Below are positions 15,996 through 25,197 of a DNA stretch of 64,000 nt, in pieces. The notes under the pieces are model-generated. The model had not been told where the DNA came from and made no database searches. It saw only the letters and a list, made by a program, of their open reading frames with translations. The translations under genes were made by a program, and so were the position numbers. This DNA is from Candidatus Dormiibacterota bacterium (GTDB taxonomy: Bacteria > Patescibacteriota > Saccharimonadia > Saccharimonadales > UBA4665), in contig DATLRC010000006.1 of the NCBI GenBank assembly GCA_035534895.1, positions 11,983-75,982 of the forward strand. The letters run 5' to 3'. How positions within the stretch are numbered: the stretch's first letter is position 1; each line of letters begins with the position of its first letter.

Positions 15996-16427
15996 TTAGG
16001 CCTCAATCTCAACACCCATACTGCGAGCAGTACCGGCAACCATTTTTTTAATACCCTCGACATTATCATTATTCATGTCGTTCGCTTTAGCGGTCGCAAT
16101 TTCGTTCAGAGCCTGTTGAGTTAGCTTTTGACTGATCTTCTCGCTGTTTGGTCGACCTGATCCTTTTTGAATTCCTAGTTTGGCTCGTATTAAATCGTCG
16201 GTCGGGGGACCAACTACTCGGAAACTCATAGTGCGGTCATCATAAATTGCAATATGAACTGTCACTGTTTGACCGCTCAGTTCCTTAGTTTGTTCATTAA
16301 AGGGGTTAATGAAGTCCATCATGTTGACGCCATACTGACCAAGCGTGCTTCCAACTGGAGGGGCAGCCGTTGCTTTACCAGCAGGTATTTTCATCTTTAA
16401 ATTGGCCTTAACGACTTTTTCTGCCAT
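15996..16427 (-). CDS. rplK: 50S ribosomal protein uL11
   Basis: KMKIPAGKATAAPPVGSTLGQYGVNMMDF is canonical L11. It follows nusG. Confidence 0.96.
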   Translation of the reverse strand: MAEKVVKANLKMKIPAGKATAAPPVGSTLGQYGVNMMDFINPFNEQTKELSGQTVTVHIAIYDDRTMSFRVVGPPTDDLIRAKLGIQKGSGRPNSEKISQKLTQQALNEIATAKANDMNNDNVEGIKKMVAGTARSMGVEIEA

Positions 16428-16492
16428 TACATCTCCTAAAATTGAAGGCTTAACTATGTGGACAAAATGCTAGCCATACTTTTAACTTCTAA

Positions 16493-16521
16493 ATAGTATC
16501 ATGGATACAGAGGTGAAGCAA
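16493..16521 (-). promoter_or_regulatory. Candidate promoter upstream of rplK
   Basis: Minus strand reads TTGCTT (16516-16521), a 17-nt spacer, then TACTAT (16493-16498). Confidence 0.3.
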
Positions 16522-16527
16522 GTTATT

Positions 16528-17079
16528 CTAGACTCGTTTGACCTGAAGACTATCGAGTTCAACTGGTGTCTCACGACCAAACATATTAACCAGCACTTTA
16601 AGTTTGCCTTTTTGGGCGTCTATTTCACTGATTGCGCCATCAAATCCTTTGAACGGACCATCAATAATACTTACCACTTCCCCAAGATTGTAGTCTATTT
16701 TGTGTTTTGGCTGCTCAAGGCCCATTCGCTTCTGGATTTTCTCAATTTCATCCTGGCTGATGGGGGTCGGGTCTGCGCCACTGCCCACAAATCCAGTCAC
16801 TGAGGGCGTATTGCGCACAATATACCAGGCATCTTCACTCATCTTCATATGGACCAAGACGTAACCCTGGAAGATTCGTTTCTCAACCACTCGTCGTTTG
16901 CCGTTTTTGATTTCGATCATTTTTTCTTTGGGTACAAGTACCTGGAAGATCTTATCTTTCATGTCAAGAGAATCTGCTCTTTGGCGGATTGACTCTGCAA
17001 CTTTTTCTTCATATCCACTGTAAGTATGGATTGCGTACCATTGTTTTGTTGTGTCGTAGCGCTTCTGAGTAGTCATCAA
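16528..17079 (-). CDS. nusG: Transcription termination/antitermination factor NusG
   Basis: WYAIHTYSGYEEKV NGN domain and a C-terminal KOW domain (GEVVSIIDGPFKGFDG). secE-nusG-rplK synteny. Confidence 0.95.
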   Translation of the reverse strand: MMTTQKRYDTTKQWYAIHTYSGYEEKVAESIRQRADSLDMKDKIFQVLVPKEKMIEIKNGKRRVVEKRIFQGYVLVHMKMSEDAWYIVRNTPSVTGFVGSGADPTPISQDEIEKIQKRMGLEQPKHKIDYNLGEVVSIIDGPFKGFDGAISEIDAQKGKLKVLVNMFGRETPVELDSLQVKRV

Positions 17080-17088
17080 ATAGTTCCT

Positions 17089-17496
17089 TTACTTTAGTAA
17101 TAAATGCTTAAATATTTTATCAAGTCCGTAGTCAACAACTGCCACTAAGGCTCCGAAGATAAAGGCGAACACCAAAACGGCTAATGTCAGTTGTCGGCTT
17201 TGGCGTCGTGACGGCCAAGTTACTAGCCTAAGCTCACGCCAACTGTTACGAAGAAAGCTCGGAAAAATTAAGCGTCCGATTAACCGTACTAGAATAACAA
17301 TGCTCTTTAGCGGTTGGTAGTTAAAGATTTTGCCCAATAATGAGATCGGTCGGTTAGCTTTAGCCAGACCGGCACCAATTATACTTTTTCGAGTAGGCTG
17401 TGTAGCTAAGGCCTGTGCTTTATCGGCACGTTGTCGAACTGTTTCGGAGCTCCGCAAACGTCGTTTAGGCCGTTTAGTTGATTCGCTGCTTGACAT
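17089..17496 (-). CDS. secE: Preprotein translocase subunit SecE (with a basic N-terminal extension)
   Basis: C-terminal FLRNSWRELRLVTWPSRRQ plus a single TM helix is canonical SecE. It lies upstream of nusG. Confidence 0.85.
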   Translation of the reverse strand: MSSSESTKRPKRRLRSSETVRQRADKAQALATQPTRKSIIGAGLAKANRPISLLGKIFNYQPLKSIVILVRLIGRLIFPSFLRNSWRELRLVTWPSRRQSRQLTLAVLVFAFIFGALVAVVDYGLDKIFKHLLLK

Positions 17497-17524
17497 AATT
17501 TCCTAGCTTATAATTAAAAAACCT

Positions 17525-17552
17525 ACATTATCTTGTAGGTCACTATTGTCAA
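17525..17552 (-). promoter_or_regulatory. Candidate promoter of secE-nusG
   Basis: Minus strand reads TTGACA (17547-17552), a 16-nt spacer, then TAATGT (17525-17530). Confidence 0.35.
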
Positions 17553-17599
17553 GGATAGCAATTAAGGGCTCGATAGTCAATCCAGGTTTGTTATAGTAG

Positions 17600-19096
17600 T
17601 TGCTAGTGGAAGTATATCTAATAGTTTTTGGCTGTTCGTTATTATTTGAAAGACTCATCTGGCTACCTCATGGATGGCGATTTCGTAGATTGTTGAGCCT
17701 TCTGGCTGGCCTATCAATGTTCTTGTCAACAATTCCTCTTATAGTGCTTTATCCACGGGCTTGGACATTGCTTCTGGTGCTTATAAGCGGCTATCGGTTC
17801 TTTAATTTAATAAAGTTAGCACGGGCCAGATTGGTTGATGACTACCTTGAACGAACGACTAAGCTGACAAGCACAGTACTTATGTCGTATCAGGTATTAG
17901 TTTTGGCCATCCTGTTGGCTGTGGACTTAACAAAACCACCCATTTGGTTTAATTGGGATCTGGTAGCTAGTTTGCTACTGCTATCAAGTCTTATTTATCT
18001 GTTGTCTACTATTAGACAACTTAAAACTACTGGCCCGCATTTAGAGAGTAAACTATCGACCGATTTTCAGCTACCTACCTTAACGGTTGCTATACCGGCT
18101 CGTAACGAAACAGAAGAGCTAAGTACTTGCCTGCGGTCTTTGATCGCCAACGATTATCCGAAGCTAGAGATTATTGTTTTTGATGATTGTTCTCAAAATA
18201 GCAAAACACCAGAAATTATCCGTTCTTTTGCCCACGACGGAGTACGTTTCCTTAGCGGTGATGAGGCTGGAGATGGTTGGTTAGCTAAAAACTGGGCTTA
18301 TCAGAGGTTAACCGAAGAAGTGAGTGGTCAGTTAATCTTATTTTGTGGGGTAGATACGAACTTTGAAACGAATGGTCTAAGGATGTTGGTTAGCCACATG
18401 CTCCGTAAGCAAAAAAGTATGGTTAGTTTTATGCCTCGCAATGAACTGGCTACTCGTTGGCTCAGTCTGTTGATTCAACCAATGCGCTACAGCTGGGAAA
18501 TATCCTTGCCTCGAAGGTTGTTTAACCGACCAGCCGTACTAAGCACCTGTTGGCTGGCCAAAGCTCAGCTGATTAGAGAAGCCGGTGGCTTTAAGGCTGT
18601 TGCCCATTCAATTGTGCCTGAAAGTTACTTTGCCCGTGTTGCAGCAGCTAAAGATGGCTACAGTTTTATACGCACTTCAGTTGTGGTCAGCCATAAATCG
18701 TTAGCCGATCAGCTGGCAACTGCCGTACGGACTCGATATCCACAACTACACAAACGTCCTGAAATTGTTGCCTTGGTCTCCTTTGGAGTATTTGTGACAC
18801 TATTGGGACCATTTATGGTGTTGCCGATAACCTTGGAGCACCGATATTGGCTAAGTGCAGTCTTGAGTGGCATAGCACTTGTTGGTATAGTAGTCTGCCA
18901 TGGCTTGGTGGTCACAGCGACCTACCAGAGATTTATGCTCAGAGGACTGATTAGTCTGCCTTTTGCAGCAGCAGCAGACATACTTATTCTTCATTACTCG
19001 ATGTGGCAGTACGAATTTAAACAGGTTATCTGGAAGGGTCGGAATATTTGCATCCCTGTAATGGGGGTCATTTCTCACTTGCCAAAGTTAACTTAA
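17600..19096 (+). CDS. Membrane-embedded family 2 glycosyltransferase
   Basis: The GT2 core TVAIPARNETEEL...EIIVFDDCS is flanked by multiple TM helices. The ORF-track start at 17600 is a TTG, so the start is uncertain. Confidence 0.75.
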   Translation: MLVEVYLIVFGCSLLFERLIWLPHGWRFRRLLSLLAGLSMFLSTIPLIVLYPRAWTLLLVLISGYRFFNLIKLARARLVDDYLERTTKLTSTVLMSYQVLVLAILLAVDLTKPPIWFNWDLVASLLLLSSLIYLLSTIRQLKTTGPHLESKLSTDFQLPTLTVAIPARNETEELSTCLRSLIANDYPKLEIIVFDDCSQNSKTPEIIRSFAHDGVRFLSGDEAGDGWLAKNWAYQRLTEEVSGQLILFCGVDTNFETNGLRMLVSHMLRKQKSMVSFMPRNELATRWLSLLIQPMRYSWEISLPRRLFNRPAVLSTCWLAKAQLIREAGGFKAVAHSIVPESYFARVAAAKDGYSFIRTSVVVSHKSLADQLATAVRTRYPQLHKRPEIVALVSFGVFVTLLGPFMVLPITLEHRYWLSAVLSGIALVGIVVCHGLVVTATYQRFMLRGLISLPFAAAADILILHYSMWQYEFKQVIWKGRNICIPVMGVISHLPKLT

Positions 19097-19113
19097 AGTT
19101 GTACAATGATTTA

Positions 19114-19377
19114 ATGGAATCGATAGACAACCATGAAATTGACAATACGCTAGAAAACGACAAGCCAAACTTATCACTACTTAACAGAGGGCGTCGAGCC
19201 CTTGGTGGGTCGGTTCTCATTGCAGCTGGAATATACCTTGGGACACTTTCTGATCTCCATGATTCAGCCAGTCTGTTTGGTGTTTTATCTGGAGCTGGTA
19301 TAGTCGGTGGACTAGCTGCTTTGACAACAGCCGTTCGTGGACGTCAGATGACTAGCCCAAATTCGGAACAACAATAG
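19114..19377 (+). CDS. Small hypothetical membrane protein (about 87 aa, two hydrophobic segments)
   Basis: I chose the internal ATG (MESIDNH) to avoid overlapping the GT2 gene. The 3' end overlaps the convergent kinase gene by 26 nt. Confidence 0.4.
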   Translation: MESIDNHEIDNTLENDKPNLSLLNRGRRALGGSVLIAAGIYLGTLSDLHDSASLFGVLSGAGIVGGLAALTTAVRGRQMTSPNSEQQ

Positions 19378-20443
19378 CGAAAGTTGAACCGTGGTTTAAT
19401 TGACTTTTCATAGTTATCTCGCCGTTTATTAAACGAGCCAATTTCAGAGTCACATATAAGCCAAGACCGGTGCCATTTGATTGACGTGTACGGTAATCTT
19501 CACTCCTGAAAAATTTATCAAAGATGCGTTCCTGGTCACTTTTGCTAATGCCGATACCGGTATCGGTTACTTCAAACTCGACACCATTTTCCTTTGCTTT
19601 TGCGCTTAGAACAATAGAGCCCGACTGGGTGTACTTGATGGCGTTAGTTAGAAAGTTTTGCAAAATTTCTCGGATATATAATTTGCATGAATTTAGCAGT
19701 TCAAGCTTTGGGTCAAGGTCGACTCTAAGCTCTAGTCCCTTGGCTTGAGCGCTGTTTTTGTAGCTAGTAAATAGTTCATTTAGCAGATCATGAACGTTGA
19801 TTGATTCAATTTCGACCGTTAATTTGCCTCTTTCAGCCCTAGAAAGGGTCGCCAAATCATTAATCATATCTGCCAAAAACATAATCTGACTATGGGCTTC
19901 TTGTAGGGCTTTCTTAACCTGATCAAGATTGCCACCTTTATCTGAAACGTACTGGGCGTTACTGATATTGCCCTCGGCAATAGCGATTGGTGTTCGCAGC
20001 TCATGGCTGACAACACTAATAAATTCATCGCGTTCTTCCTCGAGTGACTTCTCTCGCGTGATGTCCCTAAGCAGTAATACATAACCCCGTTGTCCTTTTT
20101 GACGGTAGCCAAGACGCAGAGGAGCGATATTTAAATAAAGGTTAATTATGCTTCCGTCAGCGTACTCCAACCTAAGGTCACGGTTAGTTGTCGACACCTC
20201 AGAGATTTTAATTAGATCATCGAGGGCAACTTTTTGATTATTTTTATCTATCGGTTTAAAAAGTTTATCGATTTTTTGACCATCTTTTATATTGTTGACA
20301 TCCAGAATATTTAAGGCGGCACCGTTATAGAGGACCACGCCTAACTTTTCATCTAGTGCGATGAAAGCATCGGACATGCTGTTAATTAGAGTAATTAAGC
20401 GATTATGGTCTAGTTGTTGATTATCTTTGGGCTTAAGAAGCAT
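19352..20443 (-). CDS. Soluble sensor histidine kinase (PAS-like N-terminus plus HisKA and HATPase_c domains)
   Basis: H-box SHELRTPI, N-box NFLTNAIKYT, G-boxes DTGIGI and GTGLGL. No TM segments, and no response regulator anywhere in the window. Confidence 0.88.
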   Translation of the reverse strand: MLLKPKDNQQLDHNRLITLINSMSDAFIALDEKLGVVLYNGAALNILDVNNIKDGQKIDKLFKPIDKNNQKVALDDLIKISEVSTTNRDLRLEYADGSIINLYLNIAPLRLGYRQKGQRGYVLLLRDITREKSLEEERDEFISVVSHELRTPIAIAEGNISNAQYVSDKGGNLDQVKKALQEAHSQIMFLADMINDLATLSRAERGKLTVEIESINVHDLLNELFTSYKNSAQAKGLELRVDLDPKLELLNSCKLYIREILQNFLTNAIKYTQSGSIVLSAKAKENGVEFEVTDTGIGISKSDQERIFDKFFRSEDYRTRQSNGTGLGLYVTLKLARLINGEITMKSQLNHGSTFAIVVPNLG

Positions 20444-20496
20444 AAGCTACATAATAAACAATCGAGCATCAACAATAAACAGCTAAAACGCAGAAT

Positions 20497-21204
20497 CTAA
20501 CTATTTATGGCTGGTTGGTGGGAACGAATAGCTTGTCGTAGGATCTGCGCCTTAGGAGAAACTTTTTCTAATTCTCGCCAAAAGAGCGGTCCGTGTTTAA
20601 GAATTTTGGTATGAGTTAATTCATGGAGTATTACATAGTCAATATGTGTCCACGGCAACTGCATTAAAAAAAGGTTTAGGACTATATTGCGCTTATGGTC
20701 ACAGCTTCCCCAGCGTCCTTTGAGTTGCTTAATCCTTACATTTTGGTAATTAAAGCCATGTATTTCTGCTAGCTGCTTAACACGCTGTGGTAATAATTGT
20801 TCGGCTTGTTTTCTAAGTGCTCGTAGTGAGCCGTTTTGGGCTGCAGTTTGGACCAATTGGTGGCTTACGCTCAACCTCTCTGGGTATGAAACAATAACCT
20901 GACCACTGCTCAAGCGTGCTGAAGGTTCAGTGATATTTAGGTCTGGTTTAAATACCAGGTGGTAGGCTTTACCGATAGGCTGATTGTTGGTTAATTGCTT
21001 TGCTGAACGATTTTGTCTTTGAATATCTAGCCAATCGGTACGCGAGCGTGCAAACTCAAGACCAGTTTTGTACGGTAGCCAAGTAGGCATCGAAACTCGT
21101 GCCTGGCCGCTTGGACTAAGACTAAGCTTCAACGAACGGCTTTGTTTATGCTTGTATATTTTAACTATGTTCAGCTCATCTAGCTGAAATTCTTTGTTTG
21201 GCAT
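20497..21204 (-). CDS. YgjP/DUF45-type (SprT/M48-like) metal-dependent hydrolase
   Basis: HELTH zinc motif in VILHELTHTKILKHGPLFW. Size and layout are typical of DUF45. Confidence 0.75.
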   Translation of the reverse strand: MPNKEFQLDELNIVKIYKHKQSRSLKLSLSPSGQARVSMPTWLPYKTGLEFARSRTDWLDIQRQNRSAKQLTNNQPIGKAYHLVFKPDLNITEPSARLSSGQVIVSYPERLSVSHQLVQTAAQNGSLRALRKQAEQLLPQRVKQLAEIHGFNYQNVRIKQLKGRWGSCDHKRNIVLNLFLMQLPWTHIDYVILHELTHTKILKHGPLFWRELEKVSPKAQILRQAIRSHQPAINS

Positions 21205-21218
21205 AAGCAGATTATATT

Positions 21219-21881
21219 TTAACGGATAACAATATTACGGCGTGACATGTCGACTCGGCCGGCTGCTGGATTCGGAACAAGATTGACAAGACCTGGTTTA
21301 GCAATTTGAGATCCACCCTCGGAAGGCGTTAATAAACCACTGTCCCGCAATTTTTTAAGGACAGCACTGAATTGGCTATTAAAGACGTGTTTGCCGCTTA
21401 TAACGACGTAATCCTCGGCGATTGATGGGTTTTGCATGTGAGATACTGTATCGCTAAAATGGCTGGGGTCTAGTGCGGCTGAGTATTTATCGTCAGCTCT
21501 TCGGCGGTCACGGTTTTGTTCACGAGCAAATGCGCTGTCGGTATCTATTTGCATCCAGACCAGCATTGGTTCAGCATGGGCTTTTCGGGCAAGATCGCGA
21601 AGCTTGTGACGCTGGACGGAACGTAGTGCATTACTATCGTAGACGGTGCTTAAGCCAGCAGCCAAAAATTCGGTTGCCATATAGTTCATTAACTGCGTTA
21701 TAACGGCGTCCTCCTGCTTATCGTAACGTGGTGATTCAAAAAGCTCAGCCCGGATACGATCACCTTGGAGATGTGCTGCTTGAAAGCGTTCGCAGAACTG
21801 CCGAGCAAAGTATGTTTTACCTGCCCCTGGAAAGCCATAAAGCATAAGAAGAAACGGTTTATTAGGCGAGATTTTTTGCAT
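21219..21881 (-). CDS. AAA_33/zeta-toxin-like P-loop kinase
   Basis: Walker A YGFPGAGKTYFA. The overall pattern resembles small-molecule or polynucleotide kinase folds. Substrate unknown. Confidence 0.6.
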   Translation of the reverse strand: MQKISPNKPFLLMLYGFPGAGKTYFARQFCERFQAAHLQGDRIRAELFESPRYDKQEDAVITQLMNYMATEFLAAGLSTVYDSNALRSVQRHKLRDLARKAHAEPMLVWMQIDTDSAFAREQNRDRRRADDKYSAALDPSHFSDTVSHMQNPSIAEDYVVISGKHVFNSQFSAVLKKLRDSGLLTPSEGGSQIAKPGLVNLVPNPAAGRVDMSRRNIVIR

Positions 21882-22053
21882 CGTATGTAATTGTATATCA
21901 GATTTATTGGTTTTTGAAAAGAAAAAGGCTTTAAAAGGTCATTAAAGACGTATCTAATTGTTATTAAATCTGTGCCTATATAATAGTTATGTTGCGTTTA
22001 TCTAGGTAGAAATAGATATTACTCAGGGGTGATCAGATGCTATAGTAACAATT

Positions 22054-22473
22054 GTGAAAATATTTAAAGCCTTGAGCCTAATTTTCTGTCTAATTATATT
22101 GGCAGCAGCGGTAGTACTAGGGGGAATATATCTTGCTAATTATCTTTTAGGTGACTCTATCCCTTCCCAGTCTGTTTTGGCAAGTTGCCGGCGTACGTAC
22201 CAAAACCACCAAGTTACTATAATAAATAATCTAGTTCAGCCGCAGCATACGTCGGCATCATTATGCGATACCTTGACCATAACAAATGACGATAATCTGA
22301 TACGGGTCATTGCATTTGGGCCACATCAAAATCACACAGCATATGATGGAGTAACTGAAAAAGTATTAACACAAGGGCAAGCTCTAAGAGTTGTACTTAA
22401 CCAAGCCGGGAATTTCGGGTTTCATGACCACATACATCCTCTAACAGTTGGTGACTTTACGGTTCGTCAGTAG
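22054..22473 (+). CDS. Hypothetical membrane-anchored or secreted protein (139 aa)
   Basis: GTG start. N-terminal signal/anchor MKIFKALSLIFCLIILAAAVVLGG, and a His-rich C-terminus FHDHIHP. Fold unknown. Confidence 0.55.
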   Translation: MKIFKALSLIFCLIILAAAVVLGGIYLANYLLGDSIPSQSVLASCRRTYQNHQVTIINNLVQPQHTSASLCDTLTITNDDNLIRVIAFGPHQNHTAYDGVTEKVLTQGQALRVVLNQAGNFGFHDHIHPLTVGDFTVRQ

Positions 22474-22557
22474 TTACTGGGGTTATTACATCAAACAAAA
22501 TCACAAACTGGGGTGGTGATTCTAAAAAGCATGATTGGATTAGTCGAAATCTTTTTT

Positions 22558-22634
22558 TGGCAGGGGAGACAGGATTTGAACCTGCGACCCTCGGTTTTGG
22601 AGACCGATGCTCTGGCCAGCTGAGCTACTCCCCT
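22558..22634 (-). tRNA. trnW: tRNA-Trp (anticodon CCA), 3' CCA encoded
   Basis: Reverse complement is AGGGGAGTAGCTCAGCTGG...TCGGT-CTCCAAA-ACCGA...GGTTCAAATCC...CCCCTGCCA. The cloverleaf arms were found by eye. Confidence 0.9.
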
Positions 22635-22779
22635 TTGATGCCAATCAATATCTGATTTATAATAAGCTAAAAGACTCTCCTTGTCACTGGTAGCTCCCAG
22701 ATGACTAATAAAAAGGTTGTGCTTAATCTGTTTTTCATCTAGAATAAAAATGTAAAATTAATAAACAACCAAAAATACG

Positions 22780-23988
22780 ATGAAAATATTGATGCTTGGG
22801 TGGGAGTTGCCTCCCAATAACAGTGGCGGATTGGGTGTAGCCTGCTACAGCTTGTGCCAAGCACTCTCTCGAAGTCAGGTTGACATTGAGTTTATTGTTC
22901 CCTATCTTGGCCACCACTCGGCTGATTTTATGACCGTTACTGCAAGCCAACCAGCTGGAGTGAAAGTATTTCGTGAAGGCGGGTCGGCATATGACAGCTA
23001 CAAGTATGTCTTTAGTGATGGACGACAACAAAGTTTCGGTATCTTTGAACAACAAAAGATATTTGAAGAAAGTATTGCCTCGACTACTGAGGGTAAAGCG
23101 TTTGATATAGTCCATGCTCATGACTGGTTGACATTCAGAGCGGCCCTTAGGCTTAAAGAAGAACGTGGTTGCCCTATTGTTTTACATGTTCACTCTATTG
23201 AGTCAGATCGTGCCGGTGGTAAGCCTGGTAATCCTCTGGTCCATGAAATTGAGGCAACATCTCTTAATCTAGCCGATAAGGTGGTAGCAGTATCGCAGTT
23301 CACTAAAGATTCAATAATTCGAGACTACAATATCCCGCCCGATAAGATAGAAGTTGTCCATAACAAGATTAATCTTAATCAGATCGAACCGTTAGACTCT
23401 GAAAATGCCTACCATTACTTAAGTGCCATGCGGGCTCAAGGCTATAGGATAATAGTTAACATTGGGCGCTTAACGATCCAGAAGGGGCTTAACAACCTTC
23501 TACAGGCTTTTAAAGACGTCGTTGCTTATGAGCCAAAGACGTTGTTACTGATTGTCGGGGCTGGCGAGCTGCATTACGAATTACTAGAAATGTCGGCCGA
23601 CTTAGGTATCTCCCGAAATGTTATTTTTACCGGCTTTTTGCGGGGCAAAGCCTGGCGTGACGCCTACGCTATCGGTGATCTATTCGTCTTACCATCTGTT
23701 TCTGAGCCATTTGGCTTAACGCCACTGGAAGCAATAGGCTACCAGACACCGGTGCTTGTTAGTCGGCAGTCAGGGGTTAGTGAGGTACTGAAACACTGTT
23801 TAAAGGTTGACTTCTGGGACACCAAAGAAATGACCAATAAAATAGTTTCCGTAGTTCGCAGTGATGCCCTGCGTCAGAATCTTCAAGCTAATGCCGTCCA
23901 AGAGGTCTCTAGTCAATCGTGGGATCAGGCAGCCGATAAACTACTGGCTGTTTATCGGCGGGCTCTTAATGCTGGAGTAGCCGTATGA
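22780..23988 (+). CDS. GT4/GT5-type glycosyltransferase, glycogen (alpha-glucan) synthase-like
   Basis: N-terminal MKILMLGWELPPNNSGGLGVACYSL and the C-terminal E-x7-E region SEPFGLTPLEA. First gene of a three-gene glucan operon. Confidence 0.8.
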   Translation: MKILMLGWELPPNNSGGLGVACYSLCQALSRSQVDIEFIVPYLGHHSADFMTVTASQPAGVKVFREGGSAYDSYKYVFSDGRQQSFGIFEQQKIFEESIASTTEGKAFDIVHAHDWLTFRAALRLKEERGCPIVLHVHSIESDRAGGKPGNPLVHEIEATSLNLADKVVAVSQFTKDSIIRDYNIPPDKIEVVHNKINLNQIEPLDSENAYHYLSAMRAQGYRIIVNIGRLTIQKGLNNLLQAFKDVVAYEPKTLLLIVGAGELHYELLEMSADLGISRNVIFTGFLRGKAWRDAYAIGDLFVLPSVSEPFGLTPLEAIGYQTPVLVSRQSGVSEVLKHCLKVDFWDTKEMTNKIVSVVRSDALRQNLQANAVQEVSSQSWDQAADKLLAVYRRALNAGVAV

Positions 23989-25193
23989 GCAAGGCAATCG
24001 TGCTTTATCTGCACGTTCACCAACCATACCGAGTTAGACACTATACTATTTTCGACAGCGGTCAAAAACACGACTATTTCAACGCTGATTTAGAAAAAAG
24101 TGAAAATAACCAGCAAATACTCCAAAAAGTGGCTCAAAAGTCATACATTCCGGCTAACCAGAGACTTTTAAAAATGCTTCAACAATACCCTCAATTTAAA
24201 CTGAGTTTGTCAATCACCGGAACAGTTATAGAACAGCTTGAGCAATGGGCTCCAGAAGCTTTGAAATCCTTCCAGGACTTAACTGCTACTGGTCGAGTTG
24301 AAATTGTTGCCGAAACTTATCATCATAGTTTAGCTTTCTTTTATTCACGTCGGGAGTTTGAAATGCAAGTAAAAATGCACCGTCAAAAGATTGAAGCTCT
24401 TTTTGGTCAAACCCCTCGTGTTTTTCGTAACACGGAGCTGGCTTACAATAATGACCTGGCTTATTGGGCCGATAAGGCTGGTTACAAAGGCGTTCTAGCA
24501 GAGGGATGGGACTCAATACTTGGCTGGCGTAGTCCTAATTATGTCTATCGACCGCAATATACTGAAGATATTGCTTTACTATTAAAAAACTACAAGTTAA
24601 GTGATGATATTGCCTTTCGATTTGGTGATCGAGAATGGAGCGAGTGGCCCCTGACGGCTGAGAAATTTGTAAATTGGTTGAAAGCTGACCAAAAAGCGAC
24701 CAATTTCAATTTGTTCATGGATTACGAGACATTTGGTGAACATCAATGGGGTGAGAGTGGTATCTTTGAATTCTTGGAACACCTTCCAAAATATTGGCTT
24801 AAGGATCAGGCACAAATCTTTGCCACTGTCTCTGAGGCCATCGACCAGTTTCAACCTGTCGGGGACATTGACGTACCGAATACCGTTACTTGGGCTGACA
24901 CTGAGCGAGATCTTTCAGCCTGGCTTGGTAACAGCATGCAACAGGAGGCCATCAAGGCTCTCTATGGCTTACAAGATCAAATTATCGCCTCTAAAGACCT
25001 GAGTCTTATTGAGGACTGGCGCTGTCTGCAAACTTCAGACCATTTTTACTATATGTGTACTAAATGGTTTAACGACGGTGATATTCATGCTTACTTTAGC
25101 CCCTACGAGACACCTTATGAAGCATTTACTAACTTTATGAATGTCTATCACGATCTGAAATATCGACTTGCTAAACACCAAGAAAAAGTCTAA
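23985..25193 (+). CDS. Glycoside hydrolase family 57 protein (alpha-amylase/glucanotransferase-like)
   Basis: LYLHVHQPYRV N-terminus and the FMDYETFGEH motif. The ATG overlaps the upstream stop (ATGA). Confidence 0.8.
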   Translation: MSKAIVLYLHVHQPYRVRHYTIFDSGQKHDYFNADLEKSENNQQILQKVAQKSYIPANQRLLKMLQQYPQFKLSLSITGTVIEQLEQWAPEALKSFQDLTATGRVEIVAETYHHSLAFFYSRREFEMQVKMHRQKIEALFGQTPRVFRNTELAYNNDLAYWADKAGYKGVLAEGWDSILGWRSPNYVYRPQYTEDIALLLKNYKLSDDIAFRFGDREWSEWPLTAEKFVNWLKADQKATNFNLFMDYETFGEHQWGESGIFEFLEHLPKYWLKDQAQIFATVSEAIDQFQPVGDIDVPNTVTWADTERDLSAWLGNSMQQEAIKALYGLQDQIIASKDLSLIEDWRCLQTSDHFYYMCTKWFNDGDIHAYFSPYETPYEAFTNFMNVYHDLKYRLAKHQEKV

Positions 25194-25197
25194 TTTT

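Noticed and set aside
17521-17540. A 7-bp hairpin followed by a T-run on the minus strand just upstream of secE, which looks like a terminator.
   Set aside because: There is no upstream minus-strand gene to terminate, because the neighbouring gene is divergent. The hairpin also overlaps the -10 box of the best secE promoter candidate, so it is more likely incidental or part of the promoter or 5' end.
22735-23121. A 128-aa minus-strand ORF overlapping the start of the GT4 glycosyltransferase gene.
   Set aside because: It is antisense to a gene with clear family motifs. No independent support.
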